A stretch of 62,596 bases of DNA, filler included. It is 9 parts of 9 records of this genome, joined end to end, with 100 filler letters (N's around TTAATTAATTAA, not from the genome) between each part and the next. Parts side by side here need not be neighbours in the genome. Positions count along the whole stretch, not along the records: positions 20,985 to 26,790 come from SRR31147125_3132; positions 26,891 to 32,112 come from SRR31147125_3135; 7 more parts are not named here. One strand, given 5' to 3'. Below are positions 20,985 to 32,212 of this stretch, piece after piece. The translations under genes and the position numbers were made by a program. Under the pieces are notes generated by a model that had not been told where the DNA came from, made no database searches, and worked only from the letters and a program-made list of their open reading frames with translations. Position 1 is the stretch's first letter. The number at the start of each line of letters is the position of its first letter.

Positions 20985-23900
20985 TTTGTAAAGTTGATTT
21001 GAACGGTAACATCATCTTCTACATCTTCAGTAAGTTCGAGTGTGAACTCAACGTTGCTACCTTCTGTAGCCGAAGCATCAGAGATTGTTACAGCAGCATT
21101 GTCGTTATCAGTAATTGTACCTAATCCACTGTCGTCGGAGAATATGATATCTCTTCCAATGAAATTATCTTCAGATAAATCAATAGTAAATGTTTCGTCT
21201 TCTTCTAAAATATCATCACCATTAACGGTAATTGAAATCGTTTGAGATTCTCCGCTTGTTCCGCTAAAGGTTAATGTTCCTGAATCGGAAACGAAATCTG
21301 TATCTTCTGTTGTTACATGGTTTGTGGTGTAAGCAACGGTAAACGAACCATCGGTGTTTTTACCGCTTTGAGTAACAATAAATTCATACAGAACAGTTGC
21401 AGTACCATCTAATTCAGTTTTACTTATATTATCAATAGATAATGTTGCCTGATCGTTATCCTGGATAAGCCCCACAGCCTGAGTTGTTGCTCCACCTCCT
21501 GATAATGTAATATTTTGGCTATTGGCAACTAAGCTGCCAACTTCACCAATTAACTGTTCAGTTGGTTCAACTGAGTCATCGTCGTTAATGGTTACATCAA
21601 TAGTATGTGGTCCATCGTTCCCGGCTCCAAAGTCAAGCGTTGTGGCACCAATTGCAGTGTAATCTTCTAATGCTCCCGCCAATGCAGAGTCATCAGAAGT
21701 GTTGAAACTTACTGTAACTGCATTTTGTATTACATGGTCAGAACTAACCGTAAACGTTCCTGTTCCGTTGCCTTCGTTTACATCGAATCCTGCAATTGAA
21801 ATAGTTGCATCATCATCGTCGTTTATTATTCCGGTAGCCGTACCGGTTCCAATAGTTATATTTTGATTATTATTATCGACAATTGTAATACTGGCAGTAA
21901 ACGATTCCTGAGGCTCGGTAACGTTATTGCCAACAACGTCTACAGGTATATTCACACTAAAGTTTCCAGCCAGAATGGTATATTCCTGTGCAAGCTGTTC
22001 GTTAAAATCTTGATTATCGAGGGCAGTGCCTTCAGCAGTTGTAAAGCTAATTATAACATCCTCCTGAGCTTCAACATCCATCGAAGCTACGAAGTTATGG
22101 CTTATGGTTCCATCGGTTTCTTCAACAGTAAAACCTGCAAGATTAATTTGAGTAACCGGATCATCATCAACAATACTTCCAATACCTGTATCTTTAGTAA
22201 ATGAACTTGAGCCAGTACAAGTAATTGAGGTTAGGTCAACTGAGAATGTTTCAGTAACAGGTTCCGAAATAATATCGTCAACAATTGTTATCGAAATAGT
22301 TTTTTCAGTGCCAGAAATCGAACCTGCTTCAAAAGTTACCACGTCAGTTTTTGCAGTGTAGTCACTTGGTGCTTCTGCAATGTCGTTAACGAATCCATCA
22401 GAGGTTGTGTAATTAACTGTAAGTTCATCCTGAATATTTCCGGTTAATGTTACTGTGAATACAGCAACACCCGCAGCAACATCTTCAGTAACTAATGTAT
22501 CGTTTATAGCAATACTTGCATGTTCGTCATCGGTAATTGTTGCAATTGCAGCAACAGTGGCTTCTCCATTGCTTAATGTTACAGCTTGCGATGCTGCTTG
22601 AAGATTACTTAATACACCATTGAAGGTTTCAGATGGCTCAACCCAATTGTCGTTAATAATGGTCACCTCAACGTACTGGATATTATCATTAGTACTTCCA
22701 AAATTAAGAGTAGTTGTTCCAACTGCTGTATAATCATCGCCGGCTGTTGCTTCGTCAGCAATATCAGCTGTTGCAAAGTCAACACTAAATTCATTTTGAA
22801 CATCCCTGCTTAGCGTAATCGTAAATCTTACCGTAACAGTTCCAACTTCCGATTCATCAGTTATGAATCCATCAATAGACAAGATAGCTGGATCATTATC
22901 TTCTATTGTATAAATTGCATCTGCATCGACAACAGATACCTGCTGTGCATTTGCATTTGTAAGCGTAATAGCTCCATTAAATATTTCAGTAGGTTCAGTA
23001 ATTACATCTCCCAGAACATTAACCGGAATATCTACTTCCTGGCTTCCGGCAGGAATAGTAACAATAGTATTCGACTGAGCTGTGTAATCATTTCCATCAA
23101 GTGCAGTACTATCAGAAGTTGAGAAATTAACCGTTACTTCTTCTTCGGCTGCAATATTGGTTGTTAGTTTATAATCTATTGTTTGTGTAGCATCGGTCTC
23201 TGTAATTGTACTGTCGTGCAAGGTTATTTCCATTTCATCGTCGTCGATAATTGTAGCCGTAGCTTCATCGCCGTTGCTTGTAAATACAACCTGCTGTCCG
23301 TTAAGGGTATTCAATGAAATCCTTCCGTTAAATGTTTCGATTGTTTCAGCAATATCATCACCTGCAATGGTCGTAGCCGATACATTCACATTATCAGTTG
23401 AATTTGCTGGTAAGGTAACACCAACTCCTGATTGGGCTGTGAAGTCATCAGTTGAAACTGCAGTAGGTGTTGCATCTTCCTGCGATGAGAAGACTAATGT
23501 AATTTCGTGTTGAGATGCGATATCTCGACTTACATAGAAATTCTGAGTTTGAGCAATGTCGGTTTCCGCAACGGTGAATGCATTTAAGGTAAGATGAACA
23601 GTATCTTCAACGTTAATAGTACCCAAACCTTGAGCATCGAAAATAGAAACACCACTTTGGCCATTATTATCTAATCCAGATAAATTAATATGGTAGGTTT
23701 CAGTTGCTTCTGCCACATTGTCGTTCAGAATTGAAACATCTATTTCTTTAGTTGTACCATCGGTTGAACCAGCTTCGAAAGTAATTGCATCGTCAACAGC
23801 TGTGTAATCGCTTGTTGCTACAGCTGATACATTTTCCGATTGGTAATTGAACGAAATTGCATCTTCGATATTACCGCTAAGTGTTACTGTAAATGTTGCT

Positions 23901-26788
23901 GTAACCGGCTCGGTTCCTTCTGTAATCTCAACATCATCAATTGCCAAAGTGGCATTGTCATTATCATTGATTGTACCGGTTGCCTGCATTGAAGCTCCGC
24001 CTCCGTTAAGAGTTACATTCTGGCTAAGAGCATCAGTCAGATTATTTATTATTCCGTAAAGAGTTTCGGTAGCTTCAGCAATGTTGCCATCTAAAATTGG
24101 GATAGTAACATTTTGAATTAAATCATTTTCTCCACCAAAGGTTAATGTCTCAGTAGTGTTTGTGTAATCTGTTGCAGCCAAAGCGGTATTATCCGAAGTT
24201 GCAAAATCAACTGTAAATTCGCCCTGAACGGCATTGTTTAATGTAACAGTGAAATCAGCACTTGCGGTACCTTCAGTGACTATGAAATCGTCAATAGTAA
24301 GAACAGCACTATCATTGTTGGTAATTGTACCTACTGCTAAACTATCGGCGAAAGTAATTTGGTTTAATATTTCAACTGGTAAACTACTACACTGAATATT
24401 ACTTAATGAAACTTTGAAGAATTCATCGAGTTCAACTTTTTCATCACCATTTATAGTAATCGAAATGGTTTTAGTTACATCATTCTCTCCATCAAAGCTT
24501 AAAGTGCCAGATGCTGCAACAAAGTCACCATCGGCAGTAGTCGCAGTACTGTCTAAAACGGTATAATCAACCGTTATAGGCGTAGTCGCTTCAACAGGTC
24601 TGCTAAGTGTAACATCAAATACCAATTGTTTTGAACCAGAATCACCTTCTTCTATAGGAGCATCAGCAATACCAAATGTCGAAGAATCGTCGTTGGTGAT
24701 AATTGCAGTTGCCGAATTATTAGTAACGGTTACTACCTGATTTACTCCGGTTGTTGTGGCAGGTGTAAGGTTCATTGTGAACACCTCATTCTTTTCAACC
24801 ATTTCATCACCATTCACCAAAACCGTAATTGTTTGTTCTTCTTCTGGAGTACCTACAAAGTTTACAGTACCACTAACACCCGTGTAGTCGGTAGGTGAAT
24901 ATGCCGAACTGTTACTGGAATAAAATATCATTGAGTAGCCACCAACTACCTCAATGTTTGATTGTGTTATTGTAAATGTAAAGTTTGTTGTTCCCGAGTT
25001 TGTTTCATCTAAAGTAAGATCAGCAATTGCTACGGTTGCTTCATCATTGTCTTCGTTAACAATAGTAATGTCGTCCGGATTAAGACCATCGTAGTTCGAA
25101 TCTGTAGTTCCGGTTGTATTTATTGTATTTTCTACAGTGAAAGTAATATCGCCGTCAACTATGCCATCGTCGACACCTGTTACTGTAACGGTTTGTGGAG
25201 TGTCCCAGTTTTCGTGCGTAAATGTTAATGCCGGTTGGTCAACAGTACCTTCGCCAATATCTTTACTTGTAACATCAATAACAACAACGAAATTTTCAGT
25301 ATCGGTAGCCGGTTTGCTGGTTAAAACAACGGTGTACTGTGCTGTTGCAGCATTTTCGGTTACGGTTAAATTGGTTGGAGTAACTACAAAACCTGAAGCA
25401 TCATTGTCGATATTTGTAACTGAAACGGTTTCTGCAAATAATCCACTGTATTTAGGATCAATTGAAGTGGCATTACTAATATTAATATGGTAATTTACAT
25501 CTCCATCATCAATTTCATCATCTAAACCTCGCAGAGTTACAGTTTGAACATCATCCCAGTTAGCCGAGGTGAAAGTAAGTGTTGTTGCACTTGTAATTTC
25601 CCCCTCTGTTAAGTCTCCAGAATCAATTGAAAGATCAAAACTTACATCGTTTACAGGTTCTGTATTCAACTTAATTGTGAAGGTTGTTGTTCCAAGATTT
25701 TCTGTGGTATTTCCTGCAACACTTGCAACCGTTATTCCTGCATCGTCGTTATCAACATTGGTTGCTTTTACAATTGCATCATGGGCATTTTCGTAACCGG
25801 AAAGATCGTGGGTTGCTGCCTGATTAATTGCTAAAGTAACATTGTACGAAATATCGTCGTCGTCAACATCGTCGTTAACTCCTGTTATTCGAATGGTGTG
25901 ACCGGTATCCCAGTTGGAGTCATTAAAGGTGAGCTGAGAACCAATAGAAATTGTTCCTTCTCCTGTATCGCCACTACTAACATCAATAACTACTGTTCCG
26001 GTAGGAGCCGAGCCCAGCGTTACAGTAATTTCTTCAAAAGTTTGACCTTCGGTAGTTGTTACGGTATCGGTGCTAACAAGAATTGCACCGTCTTGTGCAT
26101 CAATGGTAATATCAAAACTACAGGTTTCTGTATTTTCGTTTTCATCTTCCGCAATATAAGTAACAGTAGTGGTACCAACGTTAAAGTCATCGGTACTTAA
26201 TTCGTGAATTCCGGAAGCCTGGGCTGTTTGAATTGTTGCCCCTGAATATGAATATGTCAGTTTTTCTACCGTGCAATTGTCATTGTAAGTTGGTGCTGTA
26301 ATACCTGTAACAGTTTTAAAAGTAGCTCCTGAAGATGCAACTATTTCAATAATGTCAGCCGGGCAACTAATTCTTGGATCTTGATCGTCACCAACAACAA
26401 CATTAAATTCCACTGTTCCTGTATTAGGAGTAGTAGCATGGTCGGCTACTGACCAGGTAACGGTAGTTGTTCCTTTTTGGAAGACTTGCCCCGCAAGTGT
26501 TGTATTTGGTGCAATAACAGCAGTTGAAGCTGGCCCGCTTAAAGTATAAGTAATTGTCGGACTATCGTCACAATTATCGGTTGGATTCCATGCGTCTCCA
26601 CTTAGGGTATAAGTACAAAGATCTGTATCAACAACCACATTTCGATCGGTAAGATCGTCGAGGGTAGGAGCCTGTTCGTCAACAACTGTAACTGTTGTTG
26701 AGCATTCAGCATCTAAACCAGCCTCGTCGGCAACTTTTAAGTAGATAGTGTTATCTCCAATCTCAGTACAATCATAGGTTAATGTTGC
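20985..26788 (-). CDS. Giant repetitive surface protein/adhesin fragment (HYR domains plus tandem Calx-beta repeats), open at both ends
   Basis: More than 1900 codons with no stop across the contig. HYR-like (GTTTVTY...CSFDITI) units are followed by many Calx-beta units (V.F.T.D.TA....DY....GTL.F....I.I.I..D...E..ETF...L...A.GTI.DND). Confidence 0.9.
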
Positions 26789-26790
26789 AG

Positions 26791-26890
26791 NNNNNNNNNN
26801 NNNNNNNNNNNNNNNNNNNNNNNNNNNNNNNNNNTTAATTAATTAANNNNNNNNNNNNNNNNNNNNNNNNNNNNNNNNNNNNNNNNNNNN
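26791..26890. other. Artificial contig linker
   Basis: N-run + TTAATTAATTAA + N-run. Confidence 0.97.
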
Positions 26891-27443
26891 AGCTAAAATT
26901 TCCTGTCTCAATTTCTGCAAAAGAAAATGGAATTACTTCTTTGTCAAGAAGTGCGACAATCCAGTGTATTGGTCGTGAGAAACTTTCATCGAAAGATCCC
27001 CATCTCATTGATTTTGGAAAAGGAATTTTATCTATCAACTCAACAAGAAGTTCCGGCAGAATATCTATTGTTTTTTTACCGAGAACCTTTTTAACGGCCT
27101 GAATGCACATCCCTTTAGGACCTTCAACCTGTTTAAGATTCTCGACTTTGACTTCATGTCTTTTCGCAAAACCCAGAGCTACTTTGGTTGGTTGGTTATC
27201 TTTGTCAAAACAAATATCCACTTTTGGACCAGTAACTTCCTCTATGCGATCGGGTTGGCTCGTTTCCATTTCCCTGATCGTAAATCCCATTCTTCTTGGA
27301 GTTCCAAAGTATTTTATTTCGCTATGTTTTATCGAATGTTCGGCAAACTTCTTTTCCAGAATTTTCGACGTAGCTTTCAGTGCCGGTTCAATTACTCCGG
27401 CAGGTAATTCCTCACAACCTATTTCAAAAATGAACTCAGACAT
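26891..27443 (-). CDS. glyS: Glycine--tRNA ligase beta subunit (3'-truncated)
   Basis: FEIGCEELP, TPRR, FPKSMRWG, FSRPIHW. Confidence 0.96.
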
Positions 27444-27456
27444 TTCCACTCCTCAA

Positions 27457-28446
27457 TTACTTGCCAGAATTGTTGTTATTGAATGATAAATCTCGTCCTG
27501 CTTTTCCCCATTGCTTTTCGATTCTTTCGACAGTTTGATTCCAGGGAGTGATCAATTTGTCATGACTTTCAATGGGCAAGTGTTTTATCAGAGGGTATCC
27601 CAATGAATGACGTTGCAAGACGTATCCTTCTGCGCTCAATCGAGCAAGCTTTCTTACTCTGGCGATGAAATGCTGTCTTTCAGTGACCGATATTGCTCCT
27701 CGTGCGTCAAGCATGTTAAATGCATGAGAACACTTAAGGCAATAATCGTAAGCCGGGACTGCCAAACCTTTGTCGAAAAGCTTCATTGCTTCGGCTTCAT
27801 ATCTGTTGAAAAGTTCCAGTTGCATTTCAACATCCGAATACTCGAAGTTGTAGCGGCTCCAGTCCACTTCATCCTGATGATGAACATCACCGTAGGAAAC
27901 TCCCTCGCTCCATTCCAGATCGTACACGTTATCCACATTTTGCAGATACATGGCGATGCGCTCTGCGCCATAGGTCAGTTCCGCCGATACAGGTTTGAGG
28001 TCAATTCCACCAACTTGCTGGAAGTATGTAAACTGAGTGATTTCCATTCCATCAATCCATACTTCCCAACCAAGTCCCCAGGCTCCCAAAGTCGGTGACT
28101 CCCAATCGTCTTCCACGAATCTGATATCGTGTTTCAAAGGATCGATACCAAAACTCTTGAGACTTTCGAGATAAAGTTCCTGCACATTTGGGGGAGAAGG
28201 TTTGAGGATTACCTGAAACTGGTAATATCTTTGCAATCTGTTCGGATTTTCTCCATATCGACCATCTGTCGGTCTTCTTGAAGCTTCCGGATAGGCAACT
28301 TTCCAGGGTTCCGGGCCAAGGACTCTCAAGCATGTATGCGGGTTGAAAGTTCCGGCACCTGTTTCTATATCATGAGGCTGAACTATCAAGCAGCCTCTTT
28401 CAGCCCAAAAATTCTGTAACGCCAATATCAATTCCTGAAATGTCAA
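27457..28446 (-). CDS. glyQ: Glycine--tRNA ligase alpha subunit
   Basis: [54 protein letters not shown]. Confidence 0.98.
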   Translation of the reverse strand: MTFQELILALQNFWAERGCLIVQPHDIETGAGTFNPHTCLRVLGPEPWKVAYPEASRRPTDGRYGENPNRLQRYYQFQVILKPSPPNVQELYLESLKSFGIDPLKHDIRFVEDDWESPTLGAWGLGWEVWIDGMEITQFTYFQQVGGIDLKPVSAELTYGAERIAMYLQNVDNVYDLEWSEGVSYGDVHHQDEVDWSRYNFEYSDVEMQLELFNRYEAEAMKLFDKGLAVPAYDYCLKCSHAFNMLDARGAISVTERQHFIARVRKLARLSAEGYVLQRHSLGYPLIKHLPIESHDKLITPWNQTVERIEKQWGKAGRDLSFNNNNSGK

Positions 28447-28850
28447 TTTAAGATCCTTTCATCCATAAATAGTATAAATACCATGAATCGAGAAACCTAG
28501 CACGCCCGTTGCTGATGGTCAAGAATGTTCAACTATATAAAACGATTTTTATGAGGCTATTTTGTGTTTTGTCTTTTCCCCAAAAACAAGCCTGATTTGT
28601 TTGGTATAATTATGCAAAACTTTAGAAAATAGCAGTGCGGAAAAACTCTGTTCAGACAGACTTGATTTATTAAATTCATTTGACCATTAGTTCATATTTC
28701 GATATCCTAACAAGGATCAATCCCAAAACGCCTGTGGGCTGGGGTGAAATGGGCTTGCACCGGAGAAAATCAAAGACGGATCAGTGTCCGTAGTTGAAGG
28801 CGTGTTTTATGTGGGATCTTGAAAATCTGAATGGCAGAGTGGAGAAAAAG

Positions 28851-31571
28851 ATGAAAACCTCTATGATAAAAATCTTGCTAGTTGTTGTAATCACAGCGTT
28901 TTCCTTGTCTTTTGTTGCTTGCTCAAGTGATGGAAGCACTTCAGATGAGGATGGAGATACAACTCCTGCCGATGGAGATGGTACCGAATTTCCTGATGGA
29001 GAAAAGGGAGATCTTGATGAAGATAAGGCGGACGAAGCCGATAAAGAAATACCTGAAGATGGCGACACTACGGAAAAAGAAGAAGTCGATCCCGATGAAA
29101 CCACGGATGTGGATACTACAGACGGAGATACTTCGGAAACAACTGACACAGAAGAGGATGCGACTGATCTCGATGAGGAAAGCACAACTCCTGTTGATGG
29201 CGATGAAGTAGAAACAACTACGGAGCTTGATGAGGAAGCCTCCGAACCTGAAGAAGAAGAAAGTGGAGCGGCTTGTAATGCCGATTTCTCAGGAGATTCT
29301 ATTCCGCTGACAAAGGCTGATGTAACTTTTAGTGGTAACAACAGTGTAGAAACAACATGTAATAAATTTGCATCAGGTGCTAATGGTATAGATCATGTTT
29401 ACGAATTGACTACCGATCCTACTGAATTGCAAACGAAAATCGTTGAGATAACAGTTACTCCCAAAAGTGCATATGACATTGCATTGTATGTAGTGAAATC
29501 TTGTGATTCTCCGGTTACATGTGTTGTATCAAACAATGCCGCAGTAGCAGGAGAAGTCGAAAAACTGTACTTCAGACCACCAACAGATGACACATATTAT
29601 CTTGTAGTTGACTCTTTTACTACAACCAGAGAACCACTACTTTATGATATCGATATCAAATATGTAGAAAGCGGAATTTCCATTCCCGGCGAGATTTGTT
29701 CCGGTGATAAGGAATGCGATCCGAATGCCGGAGACGGAACTGGTTTTTGCATTGGAGAAAACGGAGAATATCAGGTTTGTACCAAAAGCTGCCAGCAGGA
29801 TAATGATTGTACATCCAAATTTATAGGTGGTTGTTGCAAAGAAATATCTCAATTCGGTAGAAAATATTGCATGGTTGCAAAGTTTTGTGGCGATGATGGC
29901 AAAATCGGCGGCCCTGGTGATGTTTGCGGAACCAAAAACAATCCAAACCAACCTCAGTGTGACCCCAATGATGGCGGTGAATGTCTGGACGATTCTTCGG
30001 CTGGATACTGTTCTACATCGTGTACACAAGATGATGATTGCAGCGGAGTAGCCCTTGAGCAGGAAATCGATAGCTCGGAGTATCCGTTTGTTGGTGGATG
30101 TTGTGTGAAAACAGCAAACCGGGGTAGCATGTGCCTAAAGGATTACAACTGTCCTCAGGATTGTTTGCAGATTCAGTCCGGTGAAGTATTCAGGAATGAA
30201 TTAGCAGCAGGGAAAACCTTTAATGGAAATACCGGAATCAAATTTAATGCTGTTCACGCTTTTTCTTGTATGACAGGTGGCACTCCAGGCAATGACGCTG
30301 TTTACAGAGTTGGTCTGGAGCAAGGTGAAGAAATTGATATTGAAGTTACAACGACTTCCAATGATTTCGATCCAGTCATCGTTGTTTCTGCCGAGTGTGG
30401 ATGGTTGGGAGTAGGTCAAACAGATTGTACCGCTTTTGATGAAGCTGGTGCAGGACAGACAGAAAAGGCAAAGTTTACATCACCTGAAGCCAAGTATTAC
30501 TATGTTGCGGTTGATTCTAAAAGCGATGAGAACTGGGGTGCTTTTTCCATAAATATCAAATTACATCAAGAAGACATGGAAGAAGAAACCGATGGTGATC
30601 TGGACGAGTTGGAGGCAGATCCTGAGCCAGAACCGGAACCTGAGCCGGAACCTGAAGAAGAAGAAGTTTTCGTATGTACAGCCAATGGTGCAATAACTAG
30701 CTTGCCATTTTCATGGAGCAAAGCAGATACCACCAGTCAGGTGGATACACTAAATGATTACTCGCAAGGTTCACCTCCTTGTTACCCAAGTGCGACAAAT
30801 GGACCTGATTACATTTACAGTATTGATCTAACGGAAAACCAGGAAATCAAGGTTGAACTTGAATTTATTGACCCTGAAAGTGGAAGTAACATTGTTTACT
30901 GGAATCCGGTTCTGTTGATTCATAGTGCCTGCATGCAAAACTCCTGTCTGGCTGCCAGTGACGAAGCATCGGGAGTCAAAGAATCAATAGATTTTACAGC
31001 TCCGGCCACAGGAACATATTTTATTTCAATAGACGGTCAGCTAGCGCAAGATGCAGGCCCATTCAAGATTATTGTAACGGAACCATCTGTCGTCGATGGA
31101 GATGATGAAGGCGAAGAACAGGAAACAGTAGCTTGTAGTTGGGATTTCAACATTGGTGCCTATGCAGACTTATTCTATGGCCATACAGGAAACACAGATT
31201 CTTCTACAAACGATGCCGAACTTTCCGGAACTCAAACAAAATGTGTGGATGGAACATATCCCGGCAAAGATGATATCTACAAAATCAACCTGTATAAAGA
31301 TGAAGTGATTTATATCACCCTTAGTTCTGTTGATCAGAATTACGATCCGGCAATTATTGTCGTCAATAGCTGTGATGCAAACGCGCAATGTTTGGGCGGA
31401 ATAGTTGGAACGGACAATGGCCCCGGTCAGGATGAACTGGCAACCTTTATTGCACCTGAAGACGGTGTCTATTACGTAATAGTTGACTCCAAATACGAAA
31501 CGTCAAATACGCTGTCAAGTGGCTTATATACTATCAAAGTGGACAGCTCTCTGGCAGATGGTGATAAGTAA
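28851..31571 (+). CDS. Large acidic, Cys-rich lipoprotein with four PPC-like (pre-peptidase C-terminal) domains
   Basis: ATG 28851 after GGAG; lipobox FVA-C; D/E/T-rich linker with DGD repeats; repeated G.D.vY...DP.l.v...C...E...F..P..G.YYI.VDS units; two C-x3-C-x4-C...GGCC modules; PEPEPE linker. Confidence 0.75.
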   Translation: MKTSMIKILLVVVITAFSLSFVACSSDGSTSDEDGDTTPADGDGTEFPDGEKGDLDEDKADEADKEIPEDGDTTEKEEVDPDETTDVDTTDGDTSETTDTEEDATDLDEESTTPVDGDEVETTTELDEEASEPEEEESGAACNADFSGDSIPLTKADVTFSGNNSVETTCNKFASGANGIDHVYELTTDPTELQTKIVEITVTPKSAYDIALYVVKSCDSPVTCVVSNNAAVAGEVEKLYFRPPTDDTYYLVVDSFTTTREPLLYDIDIKYVESGISIPGEICSGDKECDPNAGDGTGFCIGENGEYQVCTKSCQQDNDCTSKFIGGCCKEISQFGRKYCMVAKFCGDDGKIGGPGDVCGTKNNPNQPQCDPNDGGECLDDSSAGYCSTSCTQDDDCSGVALEQEIDSSEYPFVGGCCVKTANRGSMCLKDYNCPQDCLQIQSGEVFRNELAAGKTFNGNTGIKFNAVHAFSCMTGGTPGNDAVYRVGLEQGEEIDIEVTTTSNDFDPVIVVSAECGWLGVGQTDCTAFDEAGAGQTEKAKFTSPEAKYYYVAVDSKSDENWGAFSINIKLHQEDMEEETDGDLDELEADPEPEPEPEPEPEEEEVFVCTANGAITSLPFSWSKADTTSQVDTLNDYSQGSPPCYPSATNGPDYIYSIDLTENQEIKVELEFIDPESGSNIVYWNPVLLIHSACMQNSCLAASDEASGVKESIDFTAPATGTYFISIDGQLAQDAGPFKIIVTEPSVVDGDDEGEEQETVACSWDFNIGAYADLFYGHTGNTDSSTNDAELSGTQTKCVDGTYPGKDDIYKINLYKDEVIYITLSSVDQNYDPAIIVVNSCDANAQCLGGIVGTDNGPGQDELATFIAPEDGVYYVIVDSKYETSNTLSSGLYTIKVDSSLADGDK

Positions 31572-31620
31572 TAAATCGGAGAAATTTCCGATTTTAGTTC
31601 CTTTAATAATTGAAGCGAAC

Positions 31621-31720
31621 TCGTCATGCTGAGCGAAGAGACAAAATCTCGTAGTCGAAGCATCTTGTCCTAAGAAAAAGAAGATCCTTCGACTCCACTT
31701 CGTTCCACTCAGGATGACGA
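31621..31720. repeat. Palindromic REP/MITE-like intergenic element
   Basis: Outer IR TCGTCATGCTGAG / CTCAGGATGACGA and inner IR GTCGAAGCATCTT / AAGATCCTTCGAC, between convergent genes. Confidence 0.7.
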
Positions 31721-31759
31721 TGTGTGTTCAATTTCAAATTTAAAATTGTGAAGTAATAA

Positions 31760-32112
31760 TCAGTTTTCTTTTTGGGTAAGCTTTTGCTTACCCATTTCTA
31801 TTAGTACAAGAGAAATAGCGGCAGGTGTAACACCTGAAATGCGTCTGGCCTGCCCGATAGATCGTGGACGGAATTTTTCAAGTTTTTCTCGTACTTCATT
31901 CGACAAACCACTAGCTCTTGAGTAATCGAAATTTTCGGGAATATTCATGTGTTCGAGTTTTTTCTGTTTTTTTGCAAGATCCTTCTGTCGTTTTATATAA
32001 CCCTCATATTTAAGTTCCACTTCAATTTGCTTTAGCAGCCAATCGGGAAGTTCTGAAAAATGAGAATCAATCAGCGGCATATCTTCGGATGATATTTCAG
32101 GCCGTTTTAAAA
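31760..32112 (-). CDS. mnmG: tRNA modification enzyme MnmG/GidA (C-terminal part)
   Basis: LKRPEI, KYEGYIKRQ, GLSNEVREKL...RPRSIGQARRISGVTPAAIS. Confidence 0.93.
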
Positions 32113-32212
32113 NNNNNNNNNNNNNNNNNNNNNNNNNNNNNNNNNNNNNNNNNNNNTTAATTAATTAANNNNNNNNNNNNNNNNNNNNNNNNNNNNNNNN
32201 NNNNNNNNNNNN
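32113..32212. other. Artificial contig linker
   Basis: N-run + TTAATTAATTAA + N-run. Confidence 0.97.

Noticed and set aside
14322-26788. Linking the pAgo operon to rpoB or to the giant Calx-beta protein
   Set aside because: They are separated by linkers and lie on different contigs, possibly from different organisms.
28781-29341. Ser-rich 186-aa minus-strand ORF
   Set aside because: It is the antisense mirror of the acidic low-complexity stalk of the lipoprotein.
30621-30656. Short tandem repeat CCTGAG/CCGGAA
   Set aside because: It encodes the PEPEPE linker with synonymous variation, so it is a protein-level repeat rather than a DNA element.
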